From NCBI GenBank assembly GCA_034664565.1, contig JAXDHJ010000045.1, positions 22,816 to 86,815 of the forward strand: a DNA stretch of 64,000 nt. Reading direction: 5' to 3'. Shown piece after piece: positions 53,369-61,536 of this stretch. The notes below the pieces were generated by a model. It saw only the letters and a program-made list of their open reading frames with translations. It was not told the origin of the DNA and did not search any database. How positions within the stretch are numbered: the first letter of the stretch is position 1; each line of letters begins with the position of its first letter. Position numbers and translations under genes: made by a program. The stretch is from Solirubrobacteraceae bacterium (GTDB lineage: Bacteria; Actinomycetota; Thermoleophilia; Solirubrobacterales; Solirubrobacteraceae).

Positions 53369-53637
53369 CCGCCCGCCCGCGGCGTTGGCCTCGATACCGG
53401 GGGCCGGCCGGGGACGGTGGGCGAGGTCGGACGGGGGTGTCCGCGACGGATTCTCGGCGATCGACGGAGCCTAGAGAAAGCGCGACGGCCGGGCCGGGGG
53501 ACCGGCTACCTTTGGGGAGTGGAGGGCCACCGGGCTCAAGGTCCGGGCCATCTCGGCCGAACTGGTAGGGGACGGAATACCGCAAATCAGCCGAGCGCGG
53601 CGAGCGAAGGCCGGGCGCTCGAGCCCAGAAAGCGATC

Positions 53638-54036
53638 TTGGTGATGACTCACGCCTACGTCCCGCCCGCCTTCTTCACGGCTGCCCCCCTCGTCCTGGCC
53701 GGCCTGATCCTCCTCGTGCTCCACTTCGTGATGGCGAGATCGACCGCCAACCGGTGCGTCGCCGCCTTTCTGGCCGGCGCCATCCCCTGCCCGATGATGC
53801 TCCTCGTCCATCCCATGGCGGCGCTGGCCATGGGCGCGGTGGGCCTGGCCTTCGCCGTACCCGCCTACATCCTGGCCGAGGATCACGACGACGAGGGCCG
53901 CGGAGGCGGCGGCGGCGAGAAGCCTCATCCTGCCGGCCCGGGGCCCGATCCGGATGCGGGCCCCGACCTGTGGAGCGAGTTCGAGCGCGATTTCTGGTCG
54001 CACGTCGAGCGCGGGCGCGAGCTCGTCAACGCCTAG
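53638..54036 (+). CDS. hypothetical membrane protein (about 3 TM, acidic C-terminal tail)
   Basis: Hydrophobic segments in the first 85 aa, then DHDDEGRGGGGGEKPHP...DLWSEFERDFWSHVE. High GC3. Confidence 0.6.
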   Translation: MVMTHAYVPPAFFTAAPLVLAGLILLVLHFVMARSTANRCVAAFLAGAIPCPMMLLVHPMAALAMGAVGLAFAVPAYILAEDHDDEGRGGGGGEKPHPAGPGPDPDAGPDLWSEFERDFWSHVERGRELVNA

Positions 54037-54064
54037 CCCCCTCGGCGGCGGCGTCCTCCTGCGG

Positions 54065-54658
54065 GTGACGGGCCTCCCGGGCGCGGGCAAGTCCACCCTG
54101 CTCGCGGCGGCGGGGGCCGAGCTCGAGTTCACGGTGATCAGCCGCGACGTGATCCGGGCCGCCATGTTCCCCGGACCGGCCTGCCACACCGCCGAGGAGA
54201 CGCGCCTGGCCTTCGAGGCGATGGTCGCCGCCGCCGCCTCGCGCCTGCGCCGAGGGGCCCGGGTGGCCCTCGACGGCTGCTGCTTCGCCCACCGCTGGCA
54301 GCGCCGAAATGCCCGTGAGCTCGCCGATGCCACCGGGGCCACGCTGGTCGCCGTGCATCTCGAGCTCCGGGTCGAGGAGGCGGCCCGCCGGATCGCCGCC
54401 GGCCAGCCCCACCCGGCCAACGACCGGGACGCCGCCCTGGTCGCACGGGTGGCCGGGCACCTCGCGGCACCCGAGCCCGAGGATCTGGTGATCGACGCCA
54501 GCCGGCCGGCGAGCGAGGTGTGGGCGGTGCTGAGAGATCGGCTCGAGGCCACCGCCGCGATCCGTCGGGCAGGGCGGAGCGAGCCGCCGGGGCCACGCTC
54601 GACGGCTTCGCCCGAGACGACTGCCGGCCCGCCGCCCGCGGGTACGATCGACACCTGA
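54065..54658 (+). CDS. P-loop (AAA-type) kinase-like ATP-binding protein
   Basis: Walker [10 protein letters not shown] close to the N-terminus. The start is uncertain: GTG 54065, CTG 54059, or ATG 53954 with an 83-nt overlap. Confidence 0.65.
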   Translation: MTGLPGAGKSTLLAAAGAELEFTVISRDVIRAAMFPGPACHTAEETRLAFEAMVAAAASRLRRGARVALDGCCFAHRWQRRNARELADATGATLVAVHLELRVEEAARRIAAGQPHPANDRDAALVARVAGHLAAPEPEDLVIDASRPASEVWAVLRDRLEATAAIRRAGRSEPPGPRSTASPETTAGPPPAGTIDT

Positions 54659-55068
54659 CCGCACCCCTGACATCCCCTCCGTCGGGCGAGGAGCCAGCGA
54701 CCTTCTACGACGCGGTGGGCGGCGAGGCGACCTTCCGCGGCATCGTCGCCCGCTTCTACGCCGCGGTGAAGGTCGACGAGATCCTGCGGGCGCTCTACCC
54801 CGAGGCCGACCTCGGCCCGGCCGAGGAGCGCCTCGGCCTCTTCCTCATCCAGTACTGGGGCGGCCCCCAGACCTACGCCAAGGAGCGCGGCCACCCCCGC
54901 CTGCGCATGCGCCACGCCCCGTTCATCATCGGCCCGGACGAGCGCGACGCCTGGCTGCGCGCCATGCGGCTCGCCGTCGAGGACGCCGGCCTGGCCGCCC
55001 GCCACCGCGATCAGCTCATGCACTACTTCGAGATGACCGCCGAGCACATGGTCAACCACCCGGCCTGA
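54655..55068 (+). CDS. glbO: group II truncated haemoglobin
   Basis: [20 protein letters not shown]...[24 protein letters not shown]. There is no ATG/GTG/TTG near the expected N-terminus. CTG 54655 overlaps the upstream TGA. The only canonical start is ATG 54520. Confidence 0.85.
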   Translation: MTAPLTSPPSGEEPATFYDAVGGEATFRGIVARFYAAVKVDEILRALYPEADLGPAEERLGLFLIQYWGGPQTYAKERGHPRLRMRHAPFIIGPDERDAWLRAMRLAVEDAGLAARHRDQLMHYFEMTAEHMVNHPA

Positions 55069-55123
55069 GCACCGATGCGCAGGTCGGACCCGCCCGGTGC
55101 GGCGGGCGTGCTGGAATGCCGGC

Positions 55124-56155
55124 ATGGAGATCGCCGCGGCCCGAGCCCTGTGGGAGCCGTCCGGGGTGTACTGCAACACCGCGAGCTACGGCCTCCCGCC
55201 CCGGCCGGCGTGGGACGCCCTCCAGTCGGCCCTCCACGACTGGCACGGCGGGCGCACGAGCTGGGAGCAGTGGGGGCAGAGCACGGAGGGGGCCCGGGCC
55301 GCCTTCGCCCGGCTGGTCGGAGTCGACGTCGGGCGGGTCGCCGTGGGGGCCACCGTCTCCGAGCTCGTCGGCTCGGTGGTCACCGCCCTGCCCCGGGGGA
55401 CCCGGGTCGTCGTCCCCGACGTCGAGTTCACCTCGACGCTGTTTCCCCTCCTCGTCCAGGAGCGCCTCGACGTCCGCACCGTCCCCTCCGAGCGCCTGGT
55501 CGAGGCGATCGGCGACGGGGTCGACGCGGTGGCGTTCAGCGCGGTGCAGATGAGCAGCGGCGAGGTCGCCGACCTCGACGGGGTGGCGGCGGCCGCCGCG
55601 GCGACCGGGGCGATCACGGTGTGCGACGCCACCCAGGCGGTGGGCTGGCTCCCGGTCGCGGCCGACCGGTTCGACGCGGTGGTATGCGCGGCCTACAAGT
55701 GGCTGATGTCCCCCCGGGGAACGGCGTTCCTCGCCATCTCCGACCGCCTCCTCGAGCGGACGGTGGCCCACAGCGCGGGGTGGTATGCCGGCGAGGACGT
55801 CCACGCCAGCTACTTCGGCCCGCCCCTGCGACTGGCCTCGGGTGCCCGCCGCCTCGACCTCTCCCCGGCCTGGTTCTCCTGGGTGGGCACCCTTCCCGCC
55901 CTCGAGCTGATCGAGGAGATCGGGATCCCGGCCATCCACGCCCACGATGTCGCCCTGGCCGACCGCTTCCGGGCCGGCGTCGGCCTCGAACCCGGCGACA
56001 GCGCCATCGTCTGCGCCGACCTCCCGGGCGCGGCCGAGCTCCTCGAGCGGGCCGGGATCATCGCCGCCGTCCGCGGCGGACGGCTGCGCACCTCGTGGCA
56101 CGTCTACAACGACGAGACCGACGTCGATCGCGTCCTCGCCGCCCTCGGCCGCTGA
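55124..56155 (+). CDS. class V aminotransferase-fold PLP enzyme
   Basis: YCNTASYGLPP, DATQAVG and AAYKWLMSPRG (PLP lysine). GTG 55097 is an alternative start. Confidence 0.8.
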   Translation: MEIAAARALWEPSGVYCNTASYGLPPRPAWDALQSALHDWHGGRTSWEQWGQSTEGARAAFARLVGVDVGRVAVGATVSELVGSVVTALPRGTRVVVPDVEFTSTLFPLLVQERLDVRTVPSERLVEAIGDGVDAVAFSAVQMSSGEVADLDGVAAAAAATGAITVCDATQAVGWLPVAADRFDAVVCAAYKWLMSPRGTAFLAISDRLLERTVAHSAGWYAGEDVHASYFGPPLRLASGARRLDLSPAWFSWVGTLPALELIEEIGIPAIHAHDVALADRFRAGVGLEPGDSAIVCADLPGAAELLERAGIIAAVRGGRLRTSWHVYNDETDVDRVLAALGR

Positions 56156-56198
56156 GCGCCCAGACCGCGGCCCAACCCGACCGTCTGATCGCGCCGGC

Positions 56199-57092
56199 TC
56201 AGACGGTCCCCCCGAGGCAGCCGCTGAGGAACTCGGTCTGGGTGGCGACCGCCCGCTCGAACCACTCGCCCCGGTAGATGTCGAAGTGGCCGATCGGGTA
56301 GCTCTGGAGCTCGCCGAGGGGGGCCCGGCCGGCGCCGGCGATGGCGGGGGCGGCCGGGGTGATGGCGTCGTCCTCGCAGACGCAGACCAGGAGCGGACAG
56401 CGGACGGCCGCGGCCTGGTCGAACGGCCGGTAGCCGGGCATGCGGAGCACCACCCGCGGGGCGAAGCGGTTCTCCCAACTCGAGTCGGGGGGCACGATGG
56501 AGCGCATCTCGCGGTAGGCGCCCGGCGTGTTCAGGGAGGCGAAGGTCCCCGGCTCGGCGGCGACGCGGATGTAGTGGGGCGAGCGGCCGAGGCGGCCGCG
56601 GAGCTCGTCGAGGAGGGCGACGGCGACCATCCGGGCGAGGAAGCCGACCCGCGGCGGCCCGGCCCGGCGGCCGAGCCCGGCGAAGGGGACCTGGCTGACC
56701 ACGGCGGCGATCCCGTGGTCGACGGCGGCGAGGGCGACGACGTGGCCGCCGCTGAACGACGTCCCCCAGAGGGCGATGCGCGAGGAGTCGAGGGCGGCGT
56801 GGTCGCGGACGAAGTCGATCGCCGCCCGCCAGTCGGCGAGCTGGCGGGAGATGTCGAGGAGCTGGCGGGGCTGGCCGGCGCTGGCCCCGAAGTGGCGGTA
56901 GTCGAAGACGAGGACGGCGAGGCCGGCGGCGGCGAAGCGCTCGGCGTAGGCGTCGAGCCGGGCCTCGCGGACCATGGTGAAGCCGTGGGCGAGGATCACG
57001 CAGGGCGACGGGGCCTCGGCGGCATCGGGCAGGTAGAGCCAGGCCGCACACGGCACGCCCTGCGAGTCGAAGAAGAGATCGGCGCGGGACAT
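56199..57092 (-). CDS. alpha/beta hydrolase
   Basis: VILAHGF, nucleophile elbow GTSFSGG, C-terminal GHFDIY. Start is set at ATG 57092. Confidence 0.8.
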   Translation of the reverse strand: MSRADLFFDSQGVPCAAWLYLPDAAEAPSPCVILAHGFTMVREARLDAYAERFAAAGLAVLVFDYRHFGASAGQPRQLLDISRQLADWRAAIDFVRDHAALDSSRIALWGTSFSGGHVVALAAVDHGIAAVVSQVPFAGLGRRAGPPRVGFLARMVAVALLDELRGRLGRSPHYIRVAAEPGTFASLNTPGAYREMRSIVPPDSSWENRFAPRVVLRMPGYRPFDQAAAVRCPLLVCVCEDDAITPAAPAIAGAGRAPLGELQSYPIGHFDIYRGEWFERAVATQTEFLSGCLGGTV

Positions 57093-57169
57093 GCGGCGCT
57101 GGAGACTACGGCGGCACCGATCGGGCGGATCACCAGTAACCGGGCGAGCCGGGGGCGGTAGAAGAGCCG

Positions 57170-58519
57170 ATGCTGGGCACCGAGCCACCGCCGCCGGTCA
57201 TCGCCCGGGCGTCGCCGCCGCCGTGGCGCCTGCTCTCCGTGCCGGTGGTGAGCTGGATCATGTTCGATTTCGCTCACACCATCTTTTCGTACTCGATCTC
57301 GGGGCGGTACTTCAACGACTGGATCATCAACCAGCGCCACCACCCGGACTATGTCATCGGGCTGATGGGGCTCGCCGTCTCCGTCGTCCTGCTCATCTCC
57401 CTACCGGTGTTCGGCGCCGTGGCCGACGAGACCGGCCGGCGCAAGCCGTTCCTCATCGCCTTCACCGTGCTCAGCGTGGTCATGACCGGGGTCCTCGGCG
57501 TGGTCCACGCCGCCCTCGCCCCGACCCTGGCCATCGCCGGCCTGGCCATCTTCGCCTGGGCGGCGGCGGTGGCCCAGTACGACCCGATGCTGGCCCGGGT
57601 CGCCCCGCCGGCCCAGCAGCCGAAGGTGTCGGGCCTGGGGGTGGCGGTCGGGTACATCGGGGTCGCGGTGGCCAGCGTGGTCTTCGCCGTGCTCGTCACC
57701 AAGGACAATCAGACGGCGTTCGTCCCGACCGCTGCCATGTTCCTCCTCTTCGCCCTGCCCTGCTTCTTCTGGGTGCGGGAGTCCGGCCCGCGACGGAGCG
57801 CCCGCCTGCGGACGGCGCTGGCCACGGCGGCCGAGGACCTGCGCACGGGAATCCGCCGGGTCCGCTCGGAGTCCTACGGCCGGTTCATCGTGGCGCGCTT
57901 CTTCTACACCGACGCCATCGCCACGATGGCGGTGTTCATGGCGGTGTACGCGAAGCGGACCGCCCACTTCCAGGATCCCGAGATCACCCTGCTGCTCGAT
58001 TTCTCCATCGTCTTCTCGGTGATCGGGGCGCTCGGCGCCGGGAGCCTGACCCGGCGCCTGGGGCCCAAGCGGGTCCTCAACGCCACCATCCTCCTCGTCA
58101 TCGCCACCCTCCTGCTCACCGGGATCAGCGGCGTGCCGTGGCTCCTGTGGCTGGCCGGTCCGCTCGTCGGGGTGAGCTTCGGATCGATCCACACCGCCGA
58201 CCGCGTGTACATGATCCGGTCGGTGCCCGAGGCCCAGCGGGGGGAGGTGTTCGGCCTGTTCACCCTGGTGGGGAGGGTGTCGAGCGGCATCGGGCCGCTG
58301 GTCTTCTGGGGCGGGACGATCTTCGCCCTCGACAGCCTCCACGTCCTCGATCCGGCCCACGGCGCCCGGGTGGCGCTGGTCGTGCTGGCCGGGGCGGCGG
58401 CCGTCGGGTATCTCCTCATCCGCCCCCTGCCCGAGCTCTACGCCGAGGACGACCCGAGCGCCGACCCGCGCCTCAGGGCCGCCGGGCCACCGGGAGCCGG
58501 AGGAGCTCGGCCACGGTGA
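57170..58519 (+). CDS. MFS transporter
   Basis: 449 aa with about 12 TM segments and the loop motif AVADETGRRKPF. Confidence 0.85.
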   Translation: MLGTEPPPPVIARASPPPWRLLSVPVVSWIMFDFAHTIFSYSISGRYFNDWIINQRHHPDYVIGLMGLAVSVVLLISLPVFGAVADETGRRKPFLIAFTVLSVVMTGVLGVVHAALAPTLAIAGLAIFAWAAAVAQYDPMLARVAPPAQQPKVSGLGVAVGYIGVAVASVVFAVLVTKDNQTAFVPTAAMFLLFALPCFFWVRESGPRRSARLRTALATAAEDLRTGIRRVRSESYGRFIVARFFYTDAIATMAVFMAVYAKRTAHFQDPEITLLLDFSIVFSVIGALGAGSLTRRLGPKRVLNATILLVIATLLLTGISGVPWLLWLAGPLVGVSFGSIHTADRVYMIRSVPEAQRGEVFGLFTLVGRVSSGIGPLVFWGGTIFALDSLHVLDPAHGARVALVVLAGAAAVGYLLIRPLPELYAEDDPSADPRLRAAGPPGAGGARPR

Positions 58520-59372
58520 CGAAGCGGTAGCCCCGGGCGCGGAGGCCGTCGATGAGGCGGGGGAGGGCGGCCACGGTGTGGCTGCGATCGCCGCCGCCGT
58601 CGTGCATGAGAACGATCGCCCCGGGATGGACGCCGGGATCCGGGTCGGCCGGGTTGCCGTGGAGCACTCGGCGGAGGATGGCGGCGACCGGGGGCATGGT
58701 GAAGTCCTGGGGGTCGGTGTCCCACTGGACGGAGATCAGCCCGAGGCTCCGGGCCAGCCCCTCGATGCGCCCGCCGACGGCGCCGTAGGGTGCACGCCAG
58801 AGGCAGGTCCGCCAGCCGGTGGCCTGGCGGATGGCCTCGGAGGTGAGGAGGATCTGCCGGCGCTCGACGGCGGCCGGGAGCTGGGTCATGTCGGCGTGGG
58901 TCCAGGTGTGGTTGCCGACCATGTCGCCGTCGGCCAGCGCCCGGCGCAGGAGGTCGGGGTGGGCGGCGACCTGCTCGCCGATGACGAAGAAGGTGGCGTG
59001 GACCCGCCGGTGCTCGAGGATGCGCAGGATCTGGGGGGTGAAGCCGCTGGGTCCGTCGTCGAAGGTGAGGGCCACCAGCCGGCGGCGGCCGGGGCCGTGC
59101 TCGACATAGATGGGGCCGCGCGCGGTGCAGGCGACCGGGCCGCCGCGGGGGGCCGGGGCGGCGGCGATGCCGGCGCCACCGCTCGGGGGAAGCGAGAGGT
59201 CGTGGGCGGTGGGGACGGGGTTGCCGTCGGCGGCGACCGAGGCGCTCGACCGGGGCGGGGCGACGGCGGGGCGAGCCGGGGCGTGGGGCGCCGGGCCCGC
59301 CGCCGAGCCGCAGCCGGCAAGGGCGATGGCGGCGCCCGCGGCGAGGGCAGCCGGGCCGCCGCGGCGGCTCAG
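58473..59372 (-). CDS. polysaccharide deacetylase (NodB-type) lipoprotein
   Basis: NodB motifs TFDDGP, HTWTH and LMHD. An in-frame upstream lipoprotein signal (AAIALAGCGS) has no canonical start. CTG 59372 overlaps the upstream TGA. The first canonical start is GTG 59075. Confidence 0.82.
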   Translation of the reverse strand: MSRRGGPAALAAGAAIALAGCGSAAGPAPHAPARPAVAPPRSSASVAADGNPVPTAHDLSLPPSGGAGIAAAPAPRGGPVACTARGPIYVEHGPGRRRLVALTFDDGPSGFTPQILRILEHRRVHATFFVIGEQVAAHPDLLRRALADGDMVGNHTWTHADMTQLPAAVERRQILLTSEAIRQATGWRTCLWRAPYGAVGGRIEGLARSLGLISVQWDTDPQDFTMPPVAAILRRVLHGNPADPDPGVHPGAIVLMHDGGGDRSHTVAALPRLIDGLRARGYRFVTVAELLRLPVARRP

Positions 59373-59722
59373 ACGTCCTCCTTGGCCCGTCCGCTCGGGG
59401 CCCCGGGCTGGGGCACGGGCTTGCCGATGGTGGTGCGGTCGTTCTCCCGGGCCCAGTCACGGATCGGCCGGCTGCCGACGATGATCGTCGTGCCGTCGGT
59501 CAGCTTGAGGGCCGGCAGCTTCTCCTGGCCGGTGGCCTCGAGGAGCTCGGGCCGCTTGCCCTTGACCAGGACCCCGCCGGGGCGGCGCTTGTCGGTCATG
59601 ATCTTCTCGAAGTTGTGCCCGGCGTCGCGGAGCGCCTCGCCGGCGATGCGGCAGGGATGCGACCGGGGGCCCTCCTCGTCGAGCTCGCAGACGTAGAGCG
59701 TGAGTCTCGGGGCGGGAGGCAT
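59369..59722 (-). CDS. glutaredoxin/GST-N-like thioredoxin-fold protein (paralog 2)
   Basis: LTLYVCELDEEGPRSHPCRIAGEAL...ATGQEKLPALKLTDGTTI. Paralog of the upstream gene. Confidence 0.7.
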   Translation of the reverse strand: MPPAPRLTLYVCELDEEGPRSHPCRIAGEALRDAGHNFEKIMTDKRRPGGVLVKGKRPELLEATGQEKLPALKLTDGTTIIVGSRPIRDWARENDRTTIGKPVPQPGAPSGRAKEDV

Positions 59723-59724
59723 GT

Positions 59725-60012
59725 CTAGGCCGCGACGGCGTGGGCCTTGGCCCAGGCGACGATCTTCCCACCGCCGTTGACCGTGGTGCCGTCGGTGAGC
59801 TCGAGGACGGGGAGCTTCTCCTGGCCGCTCAGGGCCTTGAGCTCGGGACGGGTTCCCGAAGTGAACAGGCCGAACGGCTTGTTCCGCCCGAAGACGACCT
59901 TCTCGTGGTCGATGCCGGCGGTGAGGAGCGCCTCGTGGGCGCGGCGGCAGGGGTGGGGCTTGGGGCCGCCGTCGTCGATGTGGCATACGTGAAGGGTCGG
60001 CTTGTCCGGCAT
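59725..60012 (-). CDS. glutaredoxin/GST-N-like thioredoxin-fold protein (paralog 1)
   Basis: TLHVCHIDDGGPKPHPCRRAHEAL...LSGQEKLPVLELTDGTTV. GAAGGAG RBS precedes ATG 60012. Confidence 0.72.
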   Translation of the reverse strand: MPDKPTLHVCHIDDGGPKPHPCRRAHEALLTAGIDHEKVVFGRNKPFGLFTSGTRPELKALSGQEKLPVLELTDGTTVNGGGKIVAWAKAHAVAA

Positions 60013-60198
60013 CGTGGTGATCTCCTTCGGTGGACGTTCCCACCTAGCCTAACCGTTCATTTTCGGGAGCGGTGTCGGGTCCGTGGCGGCGGGCGGGGGC
60101 CGACCGACCCGGCTCGGGTCGGCCGGGACGGCTCAGACGGCAGCGGCGAGGCTCGGCCGCTCGGGCTGGCGCCGCTGCGGCCTCCCGGGAACGGACGT

Positions 60199-61536
60199 CT
60201 AGGCCGGCCCGATGGCGAAGGCGCGCTGGCGGTAGGCGACGCCGCCGGCGGCCAGGGTGAGGAGGACCCGGCTCTGGAGGTGGCGTCCGCCGAAGCAGCA
60301 GTTCTCCGAGCGGCTCTCGTAACCGGACTCGCCGACCTGCCAGGTGGCCTCGAGGTCGACGAGGCACAGGTTGGCCTCGGCGCCGACGGCGATCACCGGG
60401 CTGGCGAGGTCGAACAGGCGGGCCCCGGCCGACATCCGCTCGACCAGGGTGGCCAGGGAGAGCAGGCCGGGGCGCACGAGGACGGTGTAGAGGGCGGCGA
60501 ACGCCGTCTCCAGGCCGGTGGTGCCCATCGCCGCCTGCTCGAAGGGGACGTCCTTGTCCTCGCGGGCGTGGGGCGCGTGATCGGTGGCCACGCAGTCGAT
60601 GATCCCGCTGCGCAGGCCGTCGACCACCGCCTCGCGGTCGGCCGCGGTCCGCAGCGGCGGGTTCATCTTCAGCCGGGTGTCGAGCCCCCGGACGTCCTCC
60701 TCGGTCAGGGTCAGGTGGTGGGGCGAGGCCTCGGCGCTCACCGCCACCCCGGCCGCCTTGGCCGCGGCCACCGCCTCGACCGACTCGAGGGCCGAGAGAT
60801 GCTGCATATGGACGCGCCCGCCCTCGTGACCGGCGATCGCCGCGTCGCGGGCGACCATCGTCGACTCCGAGATCGACGGGATGCCGGCGATGCCGAGGAG
60901 GGCGCTGACCCCGCCCTCGTGCATGGCCCCGGCCCCCGAGAGCGACGGATCCTCCTCGTGGAGGGCGAGGACCCCGCCGCACAGCCGCTGGTACTGGAGG
61001 GCCCGGCGCAGGAGCCCGGCCGAGACCACCGGACGGCCGTCGTCGGTGAAGGCGACCGCCCCGGCCCCCCGCAGCTCCATCATCTCGGTCAGGCGCTCGC
61101 CGGCGAGGCCCGGGCTGATGGCCGCGGTGAACCCGACCGGGACGCGGGCCTCGCGCATCGCCGCCTCGCGCAGCGAGCCGAGCACGGCGGTGTTGTCCAC
61201 CACCGGTCTGGTGTTGGGCATGGCCACCACCGCGCAGTAGCCGCCGGCGGCGGCCGCCCGGGTACCGCTGTGGATGTCCTCCTTGTGCTCCTCCCCCGGG
61301 ACCCGGAGGTGGACGTGGGGATCGACGAAGGCGGCGAACAGGTGGCGCCCCTCACCGTCGATGACCTCCCCGCCGGCCGGCGCCTCCAGCGACCGGGGAG
61401 GGCCGAGGGCGGCGATCGTCCCGGCGCTGACCACCACGTCGGCCGGGCCGTCGAGGCCGCTGCGCGGGTCGAGGAGATGGGCGGCGCGGATGAGCAGGGA
61501 CGCCGGCTGGGTCGGGGCGCTGAACAGGCGTCTCAT
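60199..61536 (-). CDS. pyrC: dihydroorotase
   Basis: FVDPHVHLR, AMPNT, TDHAPH. The ATG overlaps the pyrB stop (ATGA). Confidence 0.93.
   Translation of the reverse strand: MRRLFSAPTQPASLLIRAAHLLDPRSGLDGPADVVVSAGTIAALGPPRSLEAPAGGEVIDGEGRHLFAAFVDPHVHLRVPGEEHKEDIHSGTRAAAAGGYCAVVAMPNTRPVVDNTAVLGSLREAAMREARVPVGFTAAISPGLAGERLTEMMELRGAGAVAFTDDGRPVVSAGLLRRALQYQRLCGGVLALHEEDPSLSGAGAMHEGGVSALLGIAGIPSISESTMVARDAAIAGHEGGRVHMQHLSALESVEAVAAAKAAGVAVSAEASPHHLTLTEEDVRGLDTRLKMNPPLRTAADREAVVDGLRSGIIDCVATDHAPHAREDKDVPFEQAAMGTTGLETAFAALYTVLVRPGLLSLATLVERMSAGARLFDLASPVIAVGAEANLCLVDLEATWQVGESGYESRSENCCFGGRHLQSRVLLTLAAGGVAYRQRAFAIGPA

Noticed and set aside
54063-54075. 13-nt identity (GGTGACGGGCCTC) between the P-loop kinase start region and conserved element copy A.
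   Set aside because: Exact 13-mers shared by chance are expected many times in 64 kb of this base composition. None of the other blocks of the element (GCCGTCACGTTT, CCTCAC, AGGACGG) are present there.
53587-55179. 530-aa minus ORF.
   Set aside because: It is antisense to the membrane protein, P-loop kinase and glbO genes. It has no motifs and shadow-frame composition.
60104-60122. 8-bp GC hairpin (CCGACCCG-gct-CGGGTCGG) about 75 nt downstream of pyrC. A similar hairpin lies at 16802-16820 downstream of the S53 gene. Both are possible intrinsic terminators.
   Set aside because: There is no U-tract, and GC-rich palindromes are frequent in this DNA. Not supported well enough to list as features.
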